Assembly (NCBI RefSeq): GCF_011386835.1
Contig: NC_088794.1
Span: forward strand, 86,738,001 to 86,802,000
From: Chrysemys picta bellii
Lineage: Eukaryota
Direction: 5' to 3'
Length of the DNA stretch: 64,000 nt
In this document: one piece after another, positions 12,240 to 24,446 of the stretch
Position numbering within the stretch: the stretch's first letter is position 1
How the letters are laid out: each line of letters opens with the position of its first letter
Notes under the pieces: model-generated
Seen by the model: the letters and a program-made list of their open reading frames with translations, nothing else
Told to the model about the DNA's origin: nothing
The model's database searches: none
Translations under genes and position numbers: made by a program

Positions 12240-12880
12240 TAATTTATATCAATCTTTGCAGGCAGCTTTCCTAACAAAAAAGTGCCCATATGTGAACAGG
12301 ATGTGGCTAGACAAATTACTGCAGAGGAATGGGGTTTTATCTGGAAAAGAGGACCAGCAACATCAGTAGGTAGCACAATAAAAGAAAATGTCTTTAAGGT
12401 ACTATTCCAATGGCACCTCACACTAGTCAGGTTAAAATAGAGAGCGAGAGATTAAATGGTGATAAATGGTGAAGAAATTGTGGTGAAAAAGATGATTTTA
12501 ATGCATATATGGTGGATAAGACCAGTCATTAGAAAGTATTTGGATGCAGTCTGTAACAAAATACCACAAATTGTTAAATGTTTATTACCAAATGATCCGT
12601 TGGTAATCCACTTGGGCTTCTTATTGGAAATGGTCAGGCACAAAGAGAAAAAGAATTAATCTCTCACCTTCTAGCAAATGCTCAGCTATTGGTAACCTTT
12701 CATTGAAAAAAGAAAAATAGCCCAACTATGGAGGAATGGTTTAAATAAAAAAGTGGGGGAGGTTGTGGTTTTGGAAAAATTAACACACCAATTATATACC
12801 CAGCAAAATAGACAGAGGACAGATAGATACATAAATATTTGGTTATCTTTTATTCAATATTCAGACAAAGTGCATTCACT
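12240..12880 (+). mobile_element. L1-clade LINE ORF2 C-terminal fragment (decayed)
   Basis: Manual translation across stops and frameshifts: EQDVARQITAEEWGFIWKRGP..S...IKENVFKVLFQWHLTLVRL / DK*.RNCGEK / LMHIWWIRPVIRKYLDAVC...LPNDPLVIHLG / LISHLLANAQLL..H*KKKNSPTMEEWF. This matches the recalled vertebrate L1/Tx1 ORF2 C-terminal pattern. Confidence 0.75.
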
Positions 12881-14129
12881 TGCAAAAACAAAACTACACC
12901 TGTCCAGTTTTTTAAATGTTAACATTTGATATTCAACAGACCTAGTATGTCTATGTGTAATCGGAGATTTCACTCCATTTAATAAAATCACTAGGAACAA
13001 TTTTGGGGTTTTAATGATGTTGACTCTGTAATTTGGCAACACCCTGTTAAATAGGAAGATCTGATGATGACTGTAATCCTGTAGAATATCTCTTTAAACA
13101 AAAGCTCACTGTTGTAATGATTATTTGTTTCTGAAATTTATATGGCAAAGATTTATAAACATGTAAGAACTTCCTAAATAAAGTTTTATTTTTTTATTTT
13201 TAAAGTGCAGCATGAGCAGTAGCAGAACAAGCTTTGCCTATGCTGCCCTCTGCCAGGGGGACCTGAAGGGACGACCGCCAGGGGTTGGAGAGGAGTGCAC
13301 TCTCTGTGCCCTATTCACTTTCTGCTGTGAACAATCAGCAATGTGCCATCTGCAGCGCTGTCTTGCTGGGAATTGCACTGATATACTCCACCTCATTTCC
13401 CACCGGTGACAGAACAGCTATCAACTCTTAAGAGCTTTTTGATCACTATCACAGTCATTCCATTAGAAATCCTGCCATCACATTCAAGCTTCTCTTTGCC
13501 TTTAAGACCCTTCACAAATCTGCTCCTCCCTGCTCATTCGTTCTTGTTTCTTATCACATCTAGCCTCCATTTCATAGATTTTTAGGGCCAGAAAGAATCA
13601 CTGTGATCAGTTAGTCTGCTTCTTCAACAAATGGCTCCGTGCTTTCTTTCAGGATGCCCCTTGTACATAAAATGCTGTCGTTGAATGAATCTGTAAAGCC
13701 ACTAATCTCGCCTCCTTCCTATCCCTTCTCTACAGCCACTTCTGCTGTGATATTTACAAGAAATCAGCTAAGCAATGAAGGCTAGGTGGTGTGGTGCTTG
13801 GGGCTTAGATGGATTTTATAAACACTTAGATGATTTAGAACCACTGTGTTGTGCAATTGCTAATCTGTGTAACTATGTAATCTTATTATTTCTTGCATCT
13901 CCCCCTCACACTTCCTTTCTGTTTGTTACTCACATGTTGCATCTTGTATACAACAGAATGTAAGCACTTCAGGGTAAGCGCTGCAGCTTCCTATACAGTT
14001 GCAGAGTGCCTAGCAGGATAGGGTCTGATTTCATTTGGGGCCATTGGGCATTACCAAAATCCAGCAAAAGAGAAATGCAGGCCTTGTTTTGGAATCTTTT
14101 AATCCGCAAGGAACCTCAGGGGTTAGGTG

Positions 14130-14587
14130 TAGAGCTAGTTGGAAATTTTTCAGTGGGTCATTTTCCCATGGGAAAATGCTGATTCACTGCTGTTGAAATG
14201 TTCCCTGGGAACATGTGAATTGCCTCAGATCTTCCTCAGAACATAGGCAGGTTTCAAAACTAGCATGGATTCTTGCCATCCTTAGTAGCCTCAGTGGCAG
14301 ACTGCCCTGGAGTTGGGACGCTTGGGCATCCAGGCCCTATGGCTGCACTGCAAGGCATCTGGGAGCCAGGGCCGAGCTGAGAGCTTCTTGGAAGCCAAAG
14401 CTCTGAAGATATTTTGATTAGAAATTTTCTAAATGAAACATTCTGGTTATTTCAAAATGTTTTTTTCAGAATTGCCCTTCTGCAGGAAATTTTGAAGTTG
14501 CTACTTATCATTTTGAAAGTGACTTTTTTCTCCAAAAATGTTGGAATTTCTCACAGAAAGGGGCATTCTGACTTTCAAACAACTCTG
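14130..14587. mobile_element. Old hAT-type non-autonomous element
   Basis: Degenerate TIRs tagagctagttggaaa / tttcaaacaactctg. Flanks gttaggtg / gttaggaa match at 6 of 8. Confidence 0.55.
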
Positions 14588-15896
14588 GTTAGGAATTGAG
14601 GGGGTTGTCACTTGAGGCACATGTATAGGGATAATGTCTCCACAGAATTTGCTGGGAGTTATGTACATTGGTGTGGCTAACACTGCTGTCAGTTGATAAG
14701 TGCACAGTTACCTGGTTCATTCCCAGCACAGCTGATAATTGTGGGCAGTTGAGTTTTCATTAGTGATTGTCACAAGGCTCAAAAAAGCCCAGTTATGGTC
14801 TGTCTGGTGAACTAGTTGCTAGTGCAAAGTATGGCCTGCAGGAGGCCTGTGTTCAGTTTCTGGCCCCAGTCTCCCATTGTGTGGACTAGATGCCTATTTA
14901 GAAAAATACGAGAGAAGAGAGAACGTTGACTTGGTCTCGGGTTAGTCCCTGGGATGAATAATTATCTAATAAATATGGAGTGTATCTTATCAGTAAAGAA
15001 TGGCTTTCCTCTGAGAGCACCACAACACAGCTCTGGGAATGCTGGCTGTGCACTGGAAGGGGTGCAGTTTTAGTCTGGACTGAACACCAGATGCACCTGC
15101 ACAGCAAAGCTGGCTACCAGAAGGGGGTGCTGCTAGATGGACACATCTACCTGAGTGTTTGGTCACTAGTGGGCAGGCATGCAGCAACAGGACTTGAACA
15201 GAAGCAGTTGTGACTTTGAGAGAAGGTGCTTACTGCATCTTTCAATGCTTCTCTTGCTGAGTTTTATTTTGTAAGGCCTCAGAACATTTTGAAAAGACAT
15301 TTCTGAACTTACTGGAAAGAAAGACCTGAGTATGCAGACAGCATTGGGGCTGCGGGAGTTCTCAACCAACAGAATGCAAACACAGCTCCTGCGGGGGGGG
15401 GGAGTTAGAAAGCCTTATAGAAATGACCTAGAAGAACCTCAGCCCTGGACTGTGTCCTCCTGGACTCCCCGACCCCTCTCCTCTCCAGACAGTGATAGCT
15501 CCCTGTGCCTTGTCTTCCCTGGATAGGAATAGTTCCTCTGATCCTTCTCATAACTCCTGTCCTCCCTCAGACACTGTTCTGGCCTCCCCCCACCCCATCT
15601 CCTACTCCTAACTCTAACTAGCAGGTGTATATATCAGTTTTCTCTTGAAATCATGTGAAAATGGAGGAATGATATGAAAACTCATTGGCCCAGGTCTCTC
15701 AGCTGTGCTGAGGAGAAACCAAGTAACAGCACATAGAATAACTGCTGGCAGTTCCCCTGATCACCGTCAGGAACATTAGTGACATGCACTGCACTGAAGC
15801 TCTCAGTGGTGATGTTACACCTACACACGTCTCAGGCAACAACCCTATTGCCCTCAAATCCTCAGAGTTTCTTGGTTGATTAAATCATTCTTAAGT

Positions 15897-16025
15897 TGGG
15901 GTCTGAATGGCTCAGAGAATTTTCCAATGACTTTGTAGTCTTTCACTTGTAGGTCAACCAGTTTGATATTGACCCAAAGTCTGCAGCACCTGAAGGCTGG
16001 TCAGCGGCCTATGTAAAATGGTATG
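15897..16025 (+). mobile_element. LF-SINE-like fragment (5' part)
   Basis: atggctcag...ctttcacttgtaggtc...cagcggcctatgtaaaatg resembles the LF-SINE 5'/core sequence as recalled. No alignment was run. Confidence 0.55.
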
Positions 16026-16589
16026 GCTTTGCAGGTATCCTGCCCTCAGCTCCCTCTGGCTTCTTGCAATAATTCGCTCCCATGCCAGAATACTTAAAGT
16101 AAGATCCCCCTAGTTGGTATCATTTATTAATTCTTATTGGCACTTTGTCCACCCAGTTCCAAACCTTGTTCCATGTAAATCAGGAGCCCTACAGCCATGC
16201 TTCTTTGGCTTGTGCTGTGATTTAAAGCAGGGGTTTTTCTCCATGACTGAGGAGTCGCACGGCCCCCTGCTGGGGGGCTATACTGTAATTAGAGCCAGTT
16301 TCCAGCTCTACTTCACAAAGCACCTCTTCTCTCCTTTGGTTCAGGGGGGCCCACAGCCCTCCTGAGGCTCTGCTTGGCAGACAGGCAGTCTCCTTTCTGA
16401 GCTGTCTGCCTTTCCTCCTCCTTTTAGCTTTCTGGGGGCTTCTCTCTAGGTCTGGACTGACTTTTAAGCACATGACCTACCTGTTATGTGGCTACACTAA
16501 TTTTTCCTACCTAAGGAGGAGGAGGAGGGTTGAATGAGTCATAGGTGAGGCTGGACTCATTACCTCATAAAGGGGCCAGTCGCCCTTTG

Positions 16590-16732
16590 ACAGTGGGTCT
16601 CAGTTCATTGACTAGTGGGATAGGTGTGCACTTCATAAAAAACATCATGACAGTGGGCGCTGGTTGGTCATCTTAATGGCTCTCATATAAGAGTGAGTGG
16701 GCCATGGGCACTCATCTGTCTTCCTTATGTTC
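16590..16732 (+). mobile_element. LF-SINE-like fragment (central/3' part)
   Basis: gtgggtctcagttcattgactagtgggataggtgtgcacttcataaaaaacatcatgacag...gtgggccatgggcact resembles the LF-SINE core as recalled. Confidence 0.55.
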
Positions 16733-18262
16733 AGTACTACCTTGATCCTTCTCCTTTTTCAGAAACAAATAGCAGATTAACCTCCTCTCCCCACAATAAT
16801 TTTCCTTCCCTTTATGCCATTTTTAGGTAAATTTCCTCCCTCTGCCCATTATTTGGATGCCTTTTTCTCCTTTGGAAGTCTTCCTTCTCTCCCAAACAAA
16901 TCCTTCTCTCACTCACCTCCCACCAGTACCTCACCTCCAGTGCAATTTAATACTGTATAGAGAGAGGCATCATGTTACAGAGCAGGGAGGTTTTACGCTC
17001 TCTCTCTATGGCATTGTTAAGACCACACCTGACATTCTGCAGTCAGTTCTGGGTATCTTGTACCATAAAGCTGTCCAGTTCAGAGGGCGCCTGAGGAAGG
17101 AAGTTAGTTAGAAAGCAGCATCTGAACAAGGGACTGGAGAAACTGATTTGTAAGGATAGATTTTTAAAACAGTAAATTGGTCAGATTCATTTCTGGTGTA
17201 ACTCTACTCAAGTCAATGGAGTTACACCAGGATGAACTTGGGACAATGTGTATAGCTTGGCTAAGCAGTGATTAAGACATGATAAATCTCTACAGATATT
17301 TGAAGGATGGAATAGTAATTGTTTGGGAGGGGGAGGGTTGAACTTGATTAGGGTGATGAAGAAGTTATTCCCTTTTAAAATCTTTTTCTCCACCCTCATG
17401 TCTTCTTCTGTAACTTACACTCCAGTATACAGACATAGGGTCCTTATTCCAAACCCCCTCTCAGCATGACTAACTAGATCTCTACCCTCAGCGTTCCTTT
17501 TTGTTCTCACCCTTTATGCTTCCAGAAGCCAAATTTGAATGTATTTCAATAGATCTCTTGTGCCTTTTGACTGTAAATCAGGCAATTCTGTATTTTATCA
17601 AATGCTTCCCTGAATCCCAGATATCTCATGTCTGCCAGTTCCTTAATGTACAGCAACGGTTCAGTTGAACAGGGGCAGGTGTAACAGCTGAGAACACTTC
17701 TCTTTGTTTCTCTCACTAGCCAGTTAAAAGGGCACCCTCAAATCCCTGTTTGCTAAACTGAGATTTCTGGGGGCATGAACCATGGAGGGCACCATAAGGG
17801 TCTAAGATTATTTCAATACCTTACTTGCCTCATTTGTCCTATATTGCCTGAGATTCAGCAAAATGGGGGTCAGTGCTACTTCTTTCAGAACTAAAGGACT
17901 TCTTCCTCCTGTATTTTTCATAGTATTACTTGTTTCCAGTAAGCTGATTTGTAGTCACACTACCCTTCATCTCCCTCATTACCACTGAGTACCAGCTCGA
18001 TCCAAGTCCTCCTGGTAGTGCAGTGTGCAGGAAACCTGCACTGGTGCTGTCTGATTGCCAGCCTCTTAATCACCAATCTGTCAGCTTTCACCAGCACTAA
18101 GATTAATGCTACGAAGAATGAAACCACCTAAAGTTTTTTGCATCTCTGGTTAATCCCGTCATCAAAAGGGATACATCTCATTTCTCGACTTCTCTCTTGT
18201 CGATGTTGTTAATTTACTTGTATTCCTCCCAATGAGATGAGACCCAGTGATGTCCTTATTGA

Positions 18263-18820
<558 letters not shown>

Positions 18821-18944
18821 ACAATAACCCAATGCCACACTTAGTGAGAGAGCCCAGCCACATCCCAGACTGGTCTCAAAGACTGATACATCCTGTACGA
18901 TACACAATCCCCTTTATGATGAGGGCATGCATGGGATATAGCAG

Positions 18945-19485
18945 AATAAAAATGGAACCAATAGATTTTCTATGGATTTTATGTTTTTGGCCACAAGAAG
19001 CAGTGTCAGCTACTTGTTGGTTAGGTTGTTTCTGACTTCTAAATTATTATGGGGGAAAAAAAGTCCTGTTAGCTGCATTTTACTGGATGTGGAGAAATGA
19101 GAAAAAATGCTACAGTTGAAATGTATACAAAAAACAAACTAGTGGATGGGCATAGACGCCCCGGCTAAATTAGTGATTTGGCTTATTCCATTAGGCAATA
19201 TTCAGGTGCTTGCTTGCAACCAATACCTCCCATGGGACCTGAGATGCTGCAGGATCAAGGAAAATCCATCTGCTGTTGAGAACGACCCAACAGTGGTGCT
19301 CTACTGGGAAGGTAGACAGCGCCCCCTCTTGTGGTCTCCCTGACCTTCCCCTAAGGTTCTTTATTGCACCATAGTATGTTATGGTGCTGGACATCTTGCT
19401 GGATTTATATGAAACTTGTACTTTTTGAATTCTCAGTCCTGATGCTCACTCGAGAGTTTTCCCCCCACTCCTTTTTATAAATAAA
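18945..19485 (+). terminator. Candidate TMEM229B polyadenylation signals
   Basis: AATAAA at 18945-18950 and 19480-19485, downstream of the stop codon. Which one is used cannot be told from sequence. Confidence 0.35.
19317..19334 (-). promoter_or_regulatory. Candidate CTCF-binding motif in the TMEM229B 3' region
   Basis: Minus strand CCACAAGAGGGGGCGCTG matches about 12 of 15 positions of the CCASYAGRKGGCRSY core by eye, with its CpG retained. Confidence 0.35.
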
Positions 19486-21158
19486 AGGCCTTTTCTGCCG
19501 GGTGAATTCCACCATACCCTGTGCAATCTGAATCACGGCAAAGTGGCCAAAGAGAGAAATAGCTGAAGTCTTCCCCTCACAGTGGAACTCATCACAAGGG
19601 CTGCTCCAAGCTCCAGCTCCATTTCCAACCAGGCAAACCCAATGGAGATGTAGACGCCACCTGGGGTTTTCTGCCTTCCTTCCCAGGGATTTCTCTGTCA
19701 CTAAGGATGCTGATGACTTAATTCTGACTGCAGCCCCTTGCACTGCCTGATGTCAAAGTCCTCATTTGATTAAGGCAGCAACCAGGAATCAGTCGGAGTC
19801 CTCTGGGACAGACTATATCGCCTGTGTCTATTTCCTCCTGCACCAGTTGATCTTGTCTCAGCTTGGCCCAGTGTTCTTCTCCGAGTACTGACTTTATTTT
19901 CCCTTCCTAAATGCTATTTTAAACTAAGTACAGCAAACCCTCTCCATAAAGCTGATTTGGGGCAGCACAGGATGTGCCTCACTGCCTGATATCAGGGAGT
20001 ATGTTAAAAAAGAAAGTTTCTAAGGAGCACAATGGGGCTATTCCTCAATTTCTTCCAGATGAGAATGAGGTTGGGTTGTGAGAGGGGCAGCAGGGAGGTG
20101 GAAGGGCTGCAAGGTACTGTTGCTCTATTTTAGAGCTATCTCAGCTAGAGATAGTTTCAAGTTTAGCCACTTGGGAACAATCCTGAGGCTGTGGGGGAGG
20201 TGGTGGCATGAAAGATGCATTGCTCTGGCAGCCACACATTAATTGTTTGTCCTGAGGACTCTTCTTGGCTGCTGGCATAAGCAACAAGGATGCATTGTAC
20301 CACATGGCAGTCTTCTCTCACTCAGAGCTTTATGAGGAGGGTGTGCTGTAAATAGGTATATGGGGCCAGATTAATTCCAGGTGTCATTCCACCCAAGTCA
20401 GTGGCATTGCACCAGCAATGAATTTGGTTCAAGATGTGAATGCGTGTGTGATTGTTGTGTTGGGAATGGCTGGATTATTACCATGTTGGTCCATGACTGT
20501 TCTCTCTAGCCAGCACTCAGCCCGTAAATCTGCCCATTGGTCTGTGGAATTCCATTCCAGAGGGAAAAGAAACTCTGTTGCTATCAATGGAATTGTTTGT
20601 TGGTAACGCTGCTGCTTCTGAATAAGAATCAACACACAGTGTTAATTTTTTTCTGTACTGCACAAAATGCAATTGTTTTATTCCTCCCTGTGCCCCATTT
20701 CACATGACAACCTTTGCCGGCAACGGACATGTGAAAGCAGTGGCAGCAAGGAGTTAATGAGCTCTGTCCTGTGGTATGCAATGCCTCCTGAAATACCCAG
20801 AACATAGAGAGAGGTATTAATATTCCCTTTTTGTAGTTCATTAAATTAAACCAACAAACAGAGAACAGAAACGTGTTTTCCATGCTATGATGCCAGTACC
20901 ATGAAATCAAAGAAATAATAGGTTCAGTTTATCAGCCAGGTAAATGATGGTTTCAAATATTTAGATCTTAGCAAAATAATCACTTTGGGTGTACAAATGC
21001 TATGGATGGGTAATCTGCACATGGGGGCAATTCATAAGCAGTAGAGTCAGATATTAGGGGGTGAGTGAGGGAGAGGAGGTGCAGACAGGAACTGGGACAT
21101 GCCTATCCATTGTGGCAGTTGCATTCATGAAGAGAATGTGTGAGGGTGACTAACCTCA

Positions 21159-21455
21159 GGCCTTGGCTACACTTACCGGCAAGTTCGACGGCTGGAAATC
21201 GAACTTCTGGGTTCGACTTATCGCGTCTAGTCTGGACGCGATAAGTCGAACCCGGAAGTGCTCGCCGTCGACTGCGGTACTCCAGCTCGCCGAGAGGAGT
21301 ACCGCGGAGTCGACGGGGGAGCCTGCCTGCCGAGTGTGGACCAAGGTAAGTTTCAACTAATTCGAAATAAGGTACTTCGAACTTCAGCTACGTTATTCAC
21401 GTAGCTGAAGTTGCGTACCTTAGTTCGAATTAGGGGGGGTAGTGTAGACCAAGCC
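21159..21455. mobile_element. Young PIF/Harbinger-type MITE with three internal hairpins
   Basis: TIRs GGCCTTGGCTACACT / AGTGTAGACCAAGCC. TCA TSD at 21156-21158 and 21456-21458. Very CpG-rich. Confidence 0.9.
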
Positions 21456-23655
21456 TCAGTGTCTAAATCCTAGGACCTTCTAGCTGCCCAGTTTAACTCG
21501 GCTGTAGCACTGCCTTCTGTGCAGCATGCAACGTTTGCGTCAGGTCATGCCCTCACTTTGGAGCAGGTTGCACTGGAACCCTGCCATTGCAGAAACATTA
21601 AGAAGGTTTAAGTGGCTTAGTGAATTGGCAGCACAACCAATGACCCCACAGTTATGACTCCGGGGTGGGGGCAGCTATCCACGGTGGTGACCAGCACCTC
21701 AATCATGTGTTCTTTGGCTTTAGAAACTCCCCAAGTGCGACTGTTCTTGCACAGCTGCATAACAATCAATGGCTCACTTAAGGAATGGTCCCTGAGTGGC
21801 CTTTGACATGTGGCTATATCATGCAAATCAGACTCAGTTGCCCCCGAGTTACCATTGTGGCACCTATTCAAGCTTCTTGTTCACCAATGACTGACAAATA
21901 CCGCTCAGCTCTTGCACCCTCACGGGGCTCTAATTTACCCACAAAAGTGCACTTTACTTGCAGTTTGCACACCAGGAACTGAATTGGACCCAGTACATTA
22001 TTAAATCACTGTGTAGCATCCACTGGATCACTCTCCTACTATTACTGGGTACCCTGGCACCTTCCAACAAAGACACCATTGGCCAGATTTCCAAAAGTGC
22101 TGAGTGCTCTCCAGTTCCTGTTTTCAATGGCACCTGCTAGGTGCTGAGTACTTCTGAAAAACTGGCTCTGTATCTGCTGCTACACCATGCAGGACTCATT
22201 TCTCTTTCTGAAGAGCAACGGTGGCTGCAGTCAGAGATTTAATCTCCCCTTCAATACAAGTGAATACTACCAATAACATTTTACAACAAGGGTGCCCAAA
22301 CTACATGACAGCAAGGCCCACATTAGCAGCTCCTCAGGAGCCTGGGAGCTATACCTAATGTGCAGAGACATTTACATACAAAATTTATCACACACCCCCA
22401 ACCCCACACAAAAAGGCCTAATATTTGCTTGTACATGTATCTTCAATAGATTAAAATTGCCTGTTTGAGTTCACCAGCAATAAAAACTTGTGATTTATCA
22501 GTTTTGTCCTCACTCTGCAGCTTTTGGGAGAGGGTGGCCCAGAGCTGCATATTTGGATACGATGGGCCACATTTAGCCCTTGGGCTTCACTCTGGATACC
22601 TCTATCTTATATTTCAAGAGAACCTTTCATCCCAAAGGTTCCCCAAGCACGTCACAAAATATATACACTGGTGCCTTGTGCATGAGAGCTGGCTCTAGCA
22701 CCAGCGTGGTCATCGTTCCTGCTTCGAAGAACTGGCCAGTGCAGAACGGTTGATATTAAAGCAAAGTTAGCTAAACTGTTTAATTTCAGCATTATGAGCT
22801 AGATGCAGGGATACTAATGTACCAGGTTCTGGAAAGTCTTCCCACTGCTTCTGATCTAAGTCTGTTTTGCAATTGAAATCCTCCTTTCATAGAGATAATC
22901 CTGTCACGGCTTTGCTTGAACTACAAATAGTTGTTTAAAAATAAAAGTAAGTGAAGAAAAACAAAGCTTGAACAGGTTTGGAATTAGCAAGCAGGTAACC
23001 CGAGACCTCCTGGGTGCAGCAGCATTGATTGTCAGTAACCAATTTACCAAAACCTGCACGAAGGGAAAAGGGATCTCATATTTAATTTGAACTTCTACCC
23101 TTTCTGCATTATGAATATAGTACACAAGTCACTTGTAAGATGAGACTTTCAGATGAGTTTAAACAAAATGTCCTTTTGTTTTAGCCTGGCCTGACTTTTC
23201 TGAATTGATGCAACATACCATGCAAGAGGTAAGTTTACAGACCAGTGCTCTCTCTGCTTCCAGTTCCTCCTGGCTTCTAACCAGGATCCTCTACTAACGA
23301 ACAAAATGCTTCTTTTCCCCTTTCCTGTACAATAGAAGGATCCCATTACAATCCCTGCTTTTGCTTCATATCTGATATATTAAAACAGAAAGCGTCACTG
23401 CTTTTATGGAGTTCCTTCCAAGTCAACTGCTGGTCCTACAATGCAACACCTCCATCCAATTGCTTCAGCATCCACCCATCACGGAGCTGTGGAGAACTAA
23501 GAGCCTAGTTCAAGTTTTAGCAAATAGTAATTACATTTCTGTCTCTTACTACCCCAAAATGTGCTTTTCATGATCTGGAGCCATTGAGAAGGGGCTTTCC
23601 ACAATCTTTGTGTAACCCACACTTGCAGCGTGTGCCATTCTAACACTGTCTAGAG

Positions 23656-24446
23656 CAGGGGTGGGCAAACTACAGCCCAGAGGCCACATCCAGCCCGTCA
23701 AACATTTTAATCCGGCCCTCGAGCTCCCACCGGGGAGCAGGGTCCGGGGCTTGCCCCGCTCTGGCACTCCAGTTGGGGAGCGGGGTCGGGGGCTTGCCCC
23801 ACTTCGTGCATTCCGTGGCTCTGCATGGCTCCCGGAAGAAGAAGCATGTCCCCGCTTCGGCTACTACACATAGGGGTAGCCAAGGGGCTCTGCATGCTGC
23901 CCCCGCCCCAAGAGCCGCTCCCATTGGCCAGGAACCATGACCAACGGGAGCTGCAGGGGCAGCGCCTGCGGATGGGGTAGTGTGCAGAGCTGCTTGGCTG
24001 CGCCTCCGTATAGGAGCTAGAGGGGTGACATGCCACTGCTTCTGGGAGCTGATTGAGGTAAGCGCCGCCCAGAGCCTGCACCCCTGACCCCCTCCCATGC
24101 CCCAACCCCAGCCACAGCCCTGACCTCCCTCCTGCCCTCCAAACCCCTGGATCCCACCCTGGAGCACCATCCTGCACCCCAAACCCTGATTCCCAGACCC
24201 ACCCCAGAGCCCACACCCCCAGCCAGAGCCCTCCCACCCCTGCACCCCAACCCCCTGCCCCAGCCCAGAACCCCCTCCTGCACACTGAACTCCTCATTTC
24301 TGGACCCAACGCAGAGCCCACACACCCCAGCCGGAGCCCTTACCCTCTCCCACACCCCAATCCCCAATTTCATGAGCATTCATGGCCCACCATACAATTT
24401 CTATACCCAGATGTGGTCCTTGGGCCAAAATGTTTGCCCACCCCTG
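23656..24446. mobile_element. hAT (Charlie/Buster-like) MITE, 791 bp
   Basis: TIR CAGGGGTGGGCAAAC / GTTTGCCCACCCCTG. Perfect 8-bp TSD gtctagag. C-rich internal cccc(a/t)gcc repeats explain the long spurious ORFs here. Confidence 0.95.

Noticed and set aside
3089-13260. Candidate TMEM229B 5' UTR exons (acceptor-like sites near 3089, 7513 and 13210)
   Set aside because: Only generic polypyrimidine-AG matches were seen. Non-coding exons cannot be supported without transcript data.
23670-24379. Long ORFs of 120-204 aa in several frames (also at 44-619, 35620-36393, 46117-46657, 48940-49498 and 58029-58568)
   Set aside because: All lie inside TIR/TSD-bounded GC-rich MITEs. Several frames on both strands are open at once with low-complexity G/P/A/W composition, so stop depletion is compositional.
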